Source of the DNA: Candidatus Thorarchaeota archaeon
Lineage (GTDB): Archaea; Asgardarchaeota; Thorarchaeia; Thorarchaeales; Thorarchaeaceae
Length of the DNA: 64,000 nt
Reading direction: 5' to 3'
Assembly: GCA_048884965.1 (NCBI GenBank)
Contig: JBHLQH010000004.1
Location: 115,368-179,367 of the forward strand
Position 1 is the stretch's first letter. Every line of letters begins with the position of its first letter. Below the pieces are notes generated by a model, which worked only from the letters and a program-made list of their open reading frames with translations, ran no database searches and was not told the DNA's origin. The position numbers and the translations under genes were made by a program. Shown here piece after piece: positions 1 through 9,219 of the stretch.

Positions 1-2163
1 GATGCACTTTTTCAAACGGACACCTCGGGTACAATTACTATGGCAGGAGAGAGGGCAAAGGCGATTTTCGGGTATGAGAAGGATGAGTTGATTGGGCATC
101 GCTTCACTGAGCTGTTGGCACCTTCTGAGATCCCTCGAATAATGGAGGTATTCAGAAAACGGCTATCTTCCTTGGAGGACAATCCAGAGGGTATAGAGGC
201 TGAAGGGATGAAGAAAGATGGTACAACCTTTAGGTTCCATATCACGAATACGATTCTTCTCGATAATGGAAAACCCATTGGCTATCAGTCACTTGTTAGA
301 GATGTGACGGAGATGAAAAGAGCTGAACTCGAGATTATGCAAAAAGAGGAGAAATATCGTGCATTATTCGAACAGAATAATGATGCAGTATTCATACTAG
401 GTCAAGAGGGGGAAATGGTTGAATCGAATCATCGAGCTGAGGAAATTTTTGGATATACTCAATCGGAATTGGAGGGCAGTCCTTTTCGGATGCTCCTTAC
501 CGATCTTGATGAGTCCTTTATTCAATACGTCACAAACACTCTCGTATCCGAAGAAGAGATGCCAGTTGTCGAACTTGACTTTAAAATGAAGGATGGTACT
601 CGCTTCCCTGGTGAAGTTAGGCTTTCACTTGTACGAGATCAAGAGAAACGCCCAATCTACTGCCAAGCAATTGTCAGAAACATTAGCGAACGGAAGAAGA
701 ATGAGAGTGCTATCAAGGAAGAACACGACAGAGCTCAGATGTATCTAGATATAGCTGGAGTTATGCTGGTTGCCTTGAACTCAAAGGGAGAGATTATTCT
801 CCTGAATCAAAAGGGTTGCGAGATCCTTGGGTATACAGAAGAGGAGGTCATACTCAAAGATTGGTTCTCCGTGATGGTCCCTCATGATTATCAAGAAGCT
901 ACAAGAAATGCTTTCGCACTCCTCATGCAAGGCAAGGGAGAGGCAGTCACTAGCTTTGAGAATACCGTTGTTACAAAAACAGGGGATATTCGTCTAATCT
1001 ATTGGCAAAATGAAGTACTAAAGGACAAAGACGGAAACATCATGGGTACACTCAGCTCGGGCGAGGACATTACTGATAGGAAGAAGATTCTCGATGCCTT
1101 GAAGACTGAGAAGAAACGGTATCAGATCCTTTTCGAAACAGCCCCTATTGCGATTGCTGTAACAACTGATGAGGGAGAGTTATTGGATGCGAATTGGTCA
1201 TTTCAAGAGTTGCTAGGATACACATTGGAGGAATTTCAAAAGCTACCAGTTCGTGACCTATATGCGATTTCTTCGGAACGAGATAGACTCTCTTCAGTCC
1301 TTGAAAGTGAGGGCAAAGTCAGAAATTTGGAAACAGTACTCAAAAAGAAGGATGGAGAGAAGATAGATGCACTACTGAACGTGGATTATGTCGATTACGA
1401 TGACAGAATAGTACGACTAACTACAATCCGTGACATCACTGAGCTGAATCACACAAGGAAGAAGTTAGAAGAGGCACGAGCGAGAGCTGAATTCTATGCG
1501 GATCTACTTGCACACGACTTGAACAATGTGCATCAAGGCATTCTGGTAGGTGCTGAGCTTCTTCTTTTAAACGAAAGTCTTGAAGAGGTACCAAGAAACC
1601 ATGGAATAGCGATTAGGGATCAAGTAGCAAGAGGGATAGATCTCATTGAAAACGTGAGGAAACTCTCTAGAATGGAAGCAGATACAGCTCCAGCATTAAT
1701 GGAAGTCGACCTTCACACCATTTTGGCGAATGCATTGATGTTAGCACAACATGCATTCCCAATGAAGAATGCTCATTTTGATATAAGATTCAAGCCAGGA
1801 CAGGTCATTGTATTGGCAGACGAGTTTCTAATTGATTTGTTCTATAACATGATTCACAATGCAATGAAGTTCGATGTCAGCAATGAAATCGAAATAGCTA
1901 TTGAGATTAGTAGAGGAGAGAAGGAAGGTTTTGTCGAAGTTGCCATAATTGATAGCGGGCCAGGTATACCTCCTGATAGAAAAGAGGACCTATTCAGTAG
2001 ATTGGAAAAAGGGAGGACATTGGGTTCAGGAATGGGATTGACACTAGTCAGGCATATCGCAGAGCGGTATGGAGGTAGAACATGGGTAGAGGACAAAGTT
2101 CCTGGAGTGCATAACAAGGGCTCAAAGTTTGTAGTCGAACTTCCAACGTTCAGAGATCCATAA
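1..2163 (+). CDS. Multi-PAS sensor histidine kinase (5'-truncated by window edge)
   Basis: Frame is open from base 1. Four PAS/PAC repeats, H-box LLAHDLNN, N-box NMIHNAMK, DSGPGI and GSGMGL motifs. Confidence 0.93.
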   Translation, partial: DALFQTDTSGTITMAGERAKAIFGYEKDELIGHRFTELLAPSEIPRIMEVFRKRLSSLEDNPEGIEAEGMKKDGTTFRFHITNTILLDNGKPIGYQSLVRDVTEMKRAELEIMQKEEKYRALFEQNNDAVFILGQEGEMVESNHRAEEIFGYTQSELEGSPFRMLLTDLDESFIQYVTNTLVSEEEMPVVELDFKMKDGTRFPGEVRLSLVRDQEKRPIYCQAIVRNISERKKNESAIKEEHDRAQMYLDIAGVMLVALNSKGEIILLNQKGCEILGYTEEEVILKDWFSVMVPHDYQEATRNAFALLMQGKGEAVTSFENTVVTKTGDIRLIYWQNEVLKDKDGNIMGTLSSGEDITDRKKILDALKTEKKRYQILFETAPIAIAVTTDEGELLDANWSFQELLGYTLEEFQKLPVRDLYAISSERDRLSSVLESEGKVRNLETVLKKKDGEKIDALLNVDYVDYDDRIVRLTTIRDITELNHTRKKLEEARARAEFYADLLAHDLNNVHQGILVGAELLLLNESLEEVPRNHGIAIRDQVARGIDLIENVRKLSRMEADTAPALMEVDLHTILANALMLAQHAFPMKNAHFDIRFKPGQVIVLADEFLIDLFYNMIHNAMKFDVSNEIEIAIEISRGEKEGFVEVAIIDSGPGIPPDRKEDLFSRLEKGRTLGSGMGLTLVRHIAERYGGRTWVEDKVPGVHNKGSKFVVELPTFRDP

Positions 2164-2578
2164 GGGTCACAAGGGCTTCTCCTTCAAGAACGATCTTCTT
2201 GTCCTGATTGGTACATATCGTCTTCAATCTGATGTGCTTCTTCTCATCAATCTTCTCAATGACCTCAACAGTAGTGGTGATCGTATCACCAATACGTACA
2301 GGCCGCACGAATCTCATTGATTGCCCAAGATAGATTGTACCTGCTCCAGGAAGATGCATGCCAATTGCAGTGCTAATGGAAGCTGCAGTAAGAATACCGT
2401 GCGCAATTCGACTCTTGAATAGAGTCTTCTTCGCCCATTCTTCATTGAAATGAATTGGATTGTAATCGCCGCTAAGCTTCCCAAAGCTTTGTATATCATC
2501 TTCAGTTATGGTGTGTACTACTTCAGCACTATCACCTATCTTGACATCCTCGTATCTTGTTACACTGATTTCACTCAT
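2150..2578 (-). CDS. MaoC/PhaJ-family (R)-specific enoyl-CoA hydratase
   Basis: SGDYNPIH and IAHG hot-dog hydratase motifs. ATG at 2578 overlaps the upstream stop (ATGA). Confidence 0.9.
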   Translation of the reverse strand: MSEISVTRYEDVKIGDSAEVVHTITEDDIQSFGKLSGDYNPIHFNEEWAKKTLFKSRIAHGILTAASISTAIGMHLPGAGTIYLGQSMRFVRPVRIGDTITTTVEVIEKIDEKKHIRLKTICTNQDKKIVLEGEALVTLMDL

Positions 2579-3603
2579 ACCTTCCATTCACCCCACTTGA
2601 TGGTAATTGCATTCCAAGACCATCCGATTCCTGCAGCTGTAAGAACCACAACATCACCATCCTTTATCTTGCCAGTTTTCAATCCTTCCTCGATAGAAAC
2701 GATTGCATCATTTTGACCCATATGGCCCCACTCGTCGAAATACGTTGATTGATCATAGGGATGAATTCCAATCTCTCGCGCCACGTATTCGAACGCACTT
2801 CTTTTCATCCTGATCAGACCAAGATAATCAATATCGTTTCTGGTATATCCACTTCGTTCAAGGGATTGGTCAATTACCTTAACGAAATTATCCATAGATA
2901 ATCTATCAAGACGGCCCTTCAAGCCTTCTGGGTCTGGGACGTTCAAATAGATCAGTCGTTTCTCTATTGCCTCACAGCTTATTGGCATTACCGTCCCACC
3001 GGCAGGAACATACACATCCTCGGAGAACTGCCCATCAGAGATGACACTGCCCTCTAGGACAACATTATGTGGATAGTCGGCACGAAGAATCATTGCGACT
3101 CCACTCGCAGCCAAATCATGCATGAATCGACTTGAAAGGTTAGAATAATCAATTAGGTCGCAATTGCGATATCCACTCGCGATCAGAACTCGTTTGTAAT
3201 TGAGAGTGTCCATGAGTGATTTTGCCAATAGCATAGCGACAACGAAAGTACCACATCGCTGGTTCACATCAAAAGCCCACGCTTTCACTGCACCTATCTC
3301 ACCTTGGAGCTTGATGCCATATGTCTGCATTGGATGTTCCGCATACACTTCTCCAGCCCATATCACTAAGTCTATGTCTTCTGAAGGATTGATTCCTGCA
3401 CGGTCGATTGCCACCTTCGCGGCCTTCACGCCCATTGCCACAGTATGGTCATCAGGGCCCGGAACAGCCTTGCTCTTCATCCCCATCTTTGAGATGATAA
3501 CATCCACTGGAGTCCCAGATTGCGAAGAGATGAATTCTGCACTATGTCTTTCCTTTGGTATATAGACTCCAACAGATTCGATTCCAATGAGCCTTGAATT
3601 CAT
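2575..3603 (-). CDS. 3-oxoacyl-ACP synthase III (FabH-like) family condensing enzyme
   Basis: AFDVNQRCG catalytic Cys, WGHMGQND motif, C-terminal AAGIGWSW. Confidence 0.88.
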   Translation of the reverse strand: MNSRLIGIESVGVYIPKERHSAEFISSQSGTPVDVIISKMGMKSKAVPGPDDHTVAMGVKAAKVAIDRAGINPSEDIDLVIWAGEVYAEHPMQTYGIKLQGEIGAVKAWAFDVNQRCGTFVVAMLLAKSLMDTLNYKRVLIASGYRNCDLIDYSNLSSRFMHDLAASGVAMILRADYPHNVVLEGSVISDGQFSEDVYVPAGGTVMPISCEAIEKRLIYLNVPDPEGLKGRLDRLSMDNFVKVIDQSLERSGYTRNDIDYLGLIRMKRSAFEYVAREIGIHPYDQSTYFDEWGHMGQNDAIVSIEEGLKTGKIKDGDVVVLTAAGIGWSWNAITIKWGEWKV

Positions 3604-5126
3604 GCTCTCTCCTCCTTCTCTAGCTCACGCTTCAGTATCTTTCCAGCTGCGCTTTTTGGAAGGGTTTTGCGAATCTCATAATACTTCGGAATTTTATAGC
3701 GAGCCAGCTTACCTTCCAGATATTCTCGGATTTCATCAAGCTCCATAGAGGAGTTCTCTTTAAGGGATACGAAGGCTTTTCCAACCTCCCCCCATTTCTC
3801 ATCGGGGATACCAATCACAGCAGCTTCCAGAATAGCAGGATGCATGTAAAGAACCTCCTCAATCTCCGTAGGAAAGACATTCTCGCCTCCACTGATGTAC
3901 ATGTCCTTCTTCCTTCCTACTATATAGTAGAAGCCCTCTTCATCAATTATGACCAAATCACCTGTATGTACCCATCCATCTGGTTCAATGGTCTTCGCAG
4001 TTTCCTCAGGTTCGTCCCAATAGCCATTGAAAATGTGGGGACCTCGTAGAAGCAACTCACCAGCTGAACCAAAAGGAACAGGATTGTTATCATCGTCAAC
4101 AACCTTGGTATCACAGTGGAAAACCGGAAACCCAACAGAGCTCGGCTTCCGTTTGATGTCAGATTCAGGGAGGTAGAAATTATTGGGTCCTACCTCTGTT
4201 AGACCGTAACCCATCTTGAAGTGTCTACCTTTCTTCCAATAGTTCTCCATTATTGCTACGGGACAAGGGGCACCTCCACTAATGAAGATGCGAACAGTAT
4301 CGAATGAGGATGTAGCGAATTCTTTTGCTTGAGCCATCATCTGAAACATAGTCGGCACTCCAATGACTATACTACACATTTCTCTATCGATAACTTGAAG
4401 GGTTTCGCTGGGATTGAAATCTCCCATTAGGATGGTACGAGCTCCTAAATGATAGAAGGGCACTAAGAGGACATTCCACCCCCCGGTATGGAATAGCGGA
4501 AATAGAAGAGGCTGAGTGTCATCAGAGCGAAGCTCCCAAGATGTGATTGTGTTCACTGAGTTCCAGAATATTAGCCGGTGTGATAAGATAGCACCCTTAG
4601 GGAGACCTGTCGTTCCCCCAGTGAACACGATGAGATGAGGATCATTGAAATCAAGCTTTTCTCGTTCAATTGGGTCAGCGCTGGTTTCTTTCATCGAGTC
4701 ACCAAGATCTTGATTCATCAGTATAATCCTACATTCAGAAAGTGTGTTTTCTGATGGACGAAATCCCTCTACCAAGTCAGGATCCAGAAAGAGTATTTTG
4801 GGGGAGGTCCTTTTGAGAAGATATTCTGTTTCCGGGGCTGCTAAGCGGACATTGAAGGGGACCATAATAGCTCCTATCTTCCCTGTTGCCAGAAAGAGAT
4901 CAATCATCTCGATACGGTTCTTGGAATATGCGGCAATACGGTCACCCTTCCGTACACCGAAATCGTGCAGCATTCGAGAGAGTCTGTTGGCACGATCATC
5001 CATGTCGTCATATGTGTACCTTTTCCCCATAGCATGATCAAAAATCGCTTCTTTATTGGGGGTCAGTTCCGCTCTTCTCTTGGACCATTGACCAATCCAT
5101 GCCCAATCTTCGCTTTGGTATGTCAT
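3600..5126 (-). CDS. Acyl-CoA synthetase (AMP-forming, long-chain/MenE-like family)
   Basis: FTGGTTGLPKG, GYGLTE, HTGD, SGGENV and KSAAGK motifs. Confidence 0.92.
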   Translation of the reverse strand: MTYQSEDWAWIGQWSKRRAELTPNKEAIFDHAMGKRYTYDDMDDRANRLSRMLHDFGVRKGDRIAAYSKNRIEMIDLFLATGKIGAIMVPFNVRLAAPETEYLLKRTSPKILFLDPDLVEGFRPSENTLSECRIILMNQDLGDSMKETSADPIEREKLDFNDPHLIVFTGGTTGLPKGAILSHRLIFWNSVNTITSWELRSDDTQPLLFPLFHTGGWNVLLVPFYHLGARTILMGDFNPSETLQVIDREMCSIVIGVPTMFQMMAQAKEFATSSFDTVRIFISGGAPCPVAIMENYWKKGRHFKMGYGLTEVGPNNFYLPESDIKRKPSSVGFPVFHCDTKVVDDDNNPVPFGSAGELLLRGPHIFNGYWDEPEETAKTIEPDGWVHTGDLVIIDEEGFYYIVGRKKDMYISGGENVFPTEIEEVLYMHPAILEAAVIGIPDEKWGEVGKAFVSLKENSSMELDEIREYLEGKLARYKIPKYYEIRKTLPKSAAGKILKRELEKEERA

Positions 5127-5286
5127 AGCAAGCTCACTTTTCGATAATAAGCAATTACTAACAATGTTGATTGAAAATCTTGTGGTCTATCAAAGATATA
5201 CCCATATACAGTTATGTAGTCATTTGACTACTTAGATTGTATTCAATGTCCGATTTCTATACCAAAATTCAATTGGATGGCTAGAG

Positions 5287-8268
5287 ATGAACCCCGAAGT
5301 GAATCAAAAGGATGCAGACGACCTTCTTAGGTATTACGCCCTAGTTGATTCTATGAATGATGCGTTTGGAGTGGTAGATAATAATAGAATTTTCATCTAT
5401 GTAAACAAGAGATTTGGCGAGTTACTAAACTATGCACCGACAGAGATTGTTGGCAGGCATATTACGGATTTTTTGGATGAGAAGAATAGAGGAATCCTTG
5501 CAAACAATATTCGAAAGAGGGAACAAGGTCTTTCATCCCAGTATGAAATTGAATGGACTACTAGCGATGGAAAGCAGATACCGACTATAGTTTCTGGTGC
5601 CCCTTTGGTCGATGAGGAAGGAATTCATAGAGGTTCATATGCAGTAGTCACGGACATCTCAGCTATTAGGTATGCCAGTGAGGCCCTTAAAACCAGCGAA
5701 AAGCTATACAGATCAGTCGTAGAAACCATGAACGAGGGTCTTCTCCTTGTAGATCCAAATTATATCATCACATACGCAAATCCAAGCTTCTTCAGGATAA
5801 TGGGTTATAGCGAAGCGGAAGTAATAGGTAGATCAATTGTCGATTTCATCCATGAGAACATGAAGGATGAGGTTTCCACTTGGGTCGATCAAAGAAAGAC
5901 CGAGTTCTCTCAGAATTATGAGATTGCTTGGCAGTCTAAGGAGGGTAAGATAGTTTATACCTTCACAACACCAAGAGGCATCTTTGATGCCGAGGGAAGT
6001 CTATCAGGAATCCTTGGTGTTATTGTGAATATTACTGCAAGAAAGGAAGCCGAGGAAGCACTAAAACACTCCGAACAGAGATACAGAGCACTCTTCCAAG
6101 AAACTCCAATTGGAATTATTACAACTACTGTTAAGGGTGATATAAGCGGAATTAACCGCACTGCATTAGAAATCATAGGTTCAGAGTCGGAAGAGCAAAC
6201 AAGAAAGATCAACATATTCTCTTTTCAACCGCTCATCGATGTAGGCATTCCTGAAGCGTTCAAACAGGTTATCGAAGAAAAGAGAATCATTGAAGGTGAA
6301 CTTCGATATCGTTCTAGTTGGGGAAAAGAGGTTTACTTGCACTACAAGCTCTCACCTATGATTTCTCAGAGTGATACTGTTGATAGTATACTTGTTGTAT
6401 TTGATGATGTGAGTGAAATACGAAAAGCTGAAGATGCCATAAAGCAATCAGAGGATAACTACAGAACACTGGCCGAGAAATCATTGCAAGGCCTCTCAGT
6501 TATCCAGAATGGAGTCTATGCATACGTGAATCCAGCCTTTGCGCAGATAGTTGGGTACTCCCCAGGTGAGATCCTGGCAATGGAGTCAGATGAAGCATGG
6601 ACCACGTTGATTTATCCAGACGATAGGGCATATCTATTGGAACTGGCAAAACTAAGGAATGATGGAAAACCCACTCCCAATCCATATGAATACAGATTGG
6701 TACGAAGAGATGGTACAGTTCGTTGGGTAGAGGCATTTGCTAACAATACCGTTTTTGGCGGAGAGAAAGCAACTCAGATTCATGTGATCGACATTACTGA
6801 TAGAAAAGTTGCCGAAATGCAATTGAAAGCTTCGCAAAACATGCTCCAACTTGTTATGAATAACATTCCTCAATTCATCTTCTGGAAAGATACCTCTTCC
6901 ATCTATATGGGCTGCAATGAGATTTTTGCAAAAGCTGCAGGTGTAAAGACTCCTGAGAATATTGTTGGAAAGACGGATTTTGACCTTGCATGGAGAAGAG
7001 AAGAAGCCGAAACATTTCGTGAAAGCGATCGAGAAGTGATGGAAACGGGGGAACCCATATACGATATCATTGAACTTCAGCTTCGTGCGGACGGCAGAGA
7101 AGCATGGCTAAGGACATCCAAGGTCCCATTATTGGATGAGCATGGAAATGTTATTGGTGTACTTGGAACTCAAGAAGATGTCACTGAGAAATTGGAAACA
7201 GAAGAGGCCATTAGGAAATCCGAAACCAAATATCGAACTCTTGCTGAGCAGAGCATTCAAGGACTTACAATCGTTACTACTGATGGATTTGCCTACGTGA
7301 ATAGGGCGTTCGCAGATATGGTAGGGAGACCTGTGAAGGCACTCCTTGAGATGGTCGGTGATGAGATTTGGGAGGTCCTACATCCTGAGGATAGACCAAT
7401 CCTGAAAGAAAGAATGGAAGCTCGAATAGAGAAACGAGCGTTGGCTCCTCGCCATGAATATCGAGTCCTACGACCTGACGGTTCCTTGAGATGGCTTGAA
7501 GCGTACGCACAAACCATCGACTACCAAGGATTGGTGGCAATTCAAACAGTATGGGTTGACGTGACTGAGAGACGAAAGGCTGAGAAAGAGGTTCGCACTG
7601 AGAAGGACCGGGCAACACTATATCTAGACCTGATGGGTCACGATATTCGTCAGCAACTTCAAGTTATCATGAACAGTGCTACGCTTCTCAGGACAGCTAC
7701 TGAAGAAGATGTGCGGACCTCCTTCTTTGGCATCATTGAGGAGGCTGTTCAACGATGCTCCAGACTGATTGAAGAGGTAAGAGCGACAGAGTATTTGATG
7801 ACACTGCCGATGGCAAGTAAGAATCTTCTTATTGCAATTCAAGGCTGCATACAAGCTCTCGCACCACACTCAACCTACACACAATTTCACCTGAGCGCGC
7901 AAGTGTCGGATGCCATAATCTTGGCAGATGATTTCCTTGAGTTATTGATAACGAACATATTGATGAATGCAATCGAACATAATCCCAAGAAAGAGAAGAA
8001 TGTCTGGATTGATATAACGGAAGATCATAACAACTACTATGTGATGGTAGCAGATGATGGACCGGGAATAGGCGACAAACGAAAGACCGAGCTCTTTGAT
8101 ATGGCTCGACGGTTTGGTGGAGTAGGATTACATCAATCAAACCAGATCATTGAGAAATACGGTGGCAGTATCACTGTGATGGATCGTGTGGAAGGTATGC
8201 CGGGGAATGGAGCAAAGTTCCAAATGTCATTCCCAAAGAATGGGATAACGGATACTAAGAGCCAATAA
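5287..8268 (+). CDS. Multi-PAS (about 6 PAS) sensor histidine kinase
   Basis: Repeated PAS/PAC units, LMGHDIRQ H-box, NILMNAIEH, DDGPGI. Confidence 0.93.
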   Translation: MNPEVNQKDADDLLRYYALVDSMNDAFGVVDNNRIFIYVNKRFGELLNYAPTEIVGRHITDFLDEKNRGILANNIRKREQGLSSQYEIEWTTSDGKQIPTIVSGAPLVDEEGIHRGSYAVVTDISAIRYASEALKTSEKLYRSVVETMNEGLLLVDPNYIITYANPSFFRIMGYSEAEVIGRSIVDFIHENMKDEVSTWVDQRKTEFSQNYEIAWQSKEGKIVYTFTTPRGIFDAEGSLSGILGVIVNITARKEAEEALKHSEQRYRALFQETPIGIITTTVKGDISGINRTALEIIGSESEEQTRKINIFSFQPLIDVGIPEAFKQVIEEKRIIEGELRYRSSWGKEVYLHYKLSPMISQSDTVDSILVVFDDVSEIRKAEDAIKQSEDNYRTLAEKSLQGLSVIQNGVYAYVNPAFAQIVGYSPGEILAMESDEAWTTLIYPDDRAYLLELAKLRNDGKPTPNPYEYRLVRRDGTVRWVEAFANNTVFGGEKATQIHVIDITDRKVAEMQLKASQNMLQLVMNNIPQFIFWKDTSSIYMGCNEIFAKAAGVKTPENIVGKTDFDLAWRREEAETFRESDREVMETGEPIYDIIELQLRADGREAWLRTSKVPLLDEHGNVIGVLGTQEDVTEKLETEEAIRKSETKYRTLAEQSIQGLTIVTTDGFAYVNRAFADMVGRPVKALLEMVGDEIWEVLHPEDRPILKERMEARIEKRALAPRHEYRVLRPDGSLRWLEAYAQTIDYQGLVAIQTVWVDVTERRKAEKEVRTEKDRATLYLDLMGHDIRQQLQVIMNSATLLRTATEEDVRTSFFGIIEEAVQRCSRLIEEVRATEYLMTLPMASKNLLIAIQGCIQALAPHSTYTQFHLSAQVSDAIILADDFLELLITNILMNAIEHNPKKEKNVWIDITEDHNNYYVMVADDGPGIGDKRKTELFDMARRFGGVGLHQSNQIIEKYGGSITVMDRVEGMPGNGAKFQMSFPKNGITDTKSQ

Positions 8269-9121
8269 TAACCTCGATCTCTTCATCAGATTTAGATCCA
8301 ATACCCAGATCGACAGCATGCTTGATTTGTGGAATCTCCCATACATCCATGTTAAGCCGATTCTCCGCATCATAGCTCTGCAGCATCTTTACACCTTCAA
8401 CATCAATCGCGACCATATCTCCACTAGCAAGGATTACTTCTGAACATTCAACCTGTCCATACATAGGACCTTGGGTCACAAAACACTCTCGAGCATCCAT
8501 GACGATCAATGATGGACTGAAGTATGATGCCAAGTCTACGACCTTCTGTTCAAGCTTTCGAGCGTGCATCATTATTCGATCAGTCTTCTTTAGCCAGCCT
8601 ACGAACAGCTTCATTGCTCCAGTGAAACGGGCTAGACGATGGGTCTTTAGACAAGGAGCGAGAACTAATGTGCCTGGATTCACAACTGGACTACCAAGAG
8701 AACCGGACCTCATATACTTCCCTTTTGGAAACTTGACCTTGATCCACTTATGCTCCTCAAGAAAAACAAACTCAGCATCCAGAGAGTCTAATACATCAAA
8801 GAATCCGATCTTCTCAGCTGTTTCACGTGCAGATACTCGGAGTGTGGAGCTATCGATAACCCTCAACTTTCCGGCGCCATTCTCAAGGAGTAATTCTCCC
8901 AAAGCCTTGAGGAAATCAGGAGCGGTAGATGCCGGGTAGGGATCTGCAGTATTGAGATTGGGTTTGATGGTCACCAAGTCCCCTTCCTTTATTACCTTCT
9001 TGAATCCCCCGATTAGTTCTACAGCTCTATCGATTGATTCCTTCAGATCTCCTGACACGATTACCTTTCCTACAAGAGATTTCCCATTCTCGGAGTACGG
9101 TGTTCCCAACATCATTACCAC
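8255..9121 (-). CDS. DUF362 domain protein
   Basis: IKPNLN, LKTH...FTGAMK and DMVAID motifs typical of DUF362. Confidence 0.8.
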   Translation of the reverse strand: MVMMLGTPYSENGKSLVGKVIVSGDLKESIDRAVELIGGFKKVIKEGDLVTIKPNLNTADPYPASTAPDFLKALGELLLENGAGKLRVIDSSTLRVSARETAEKIGFFDVLDSLDAEFVFLEEHKWIKVKFPKGKYMRSGSLGSPVVNPGTLVLAPCLKTHRLARFTGAMKLFVGWLKKTDRIMMHARKLEQKVVDLASYFSPSLIVMDARECFVTQGPMYGQVECSEVILASGDMVAIDVEGVKMLQSYDAENRLNMDVWEIPQIKHAVDLGIGSKSDEEIEVIIGS

Positions 9122-9185
9122 TCAGTGTTAGTGAGTTTATACCAAAATAGTTTGTGAAATAGATGCATTCAATTAAAAGAAAAAA

Positions 9186-9205
9186 CGAGGGGGCTTGCCC
9201 CTCGT
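9186..9205 (-). terminator. Hairpin plus U-tract terminator after the surface-protein gene
   Basis: CGAGGGG-GCTTG-CCCCTCG inverted repeat, preceded on the + strand by an A-run. Confidence 0.6.
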
Positions 9206-9219
9206 CTATCCTAGTTGGA

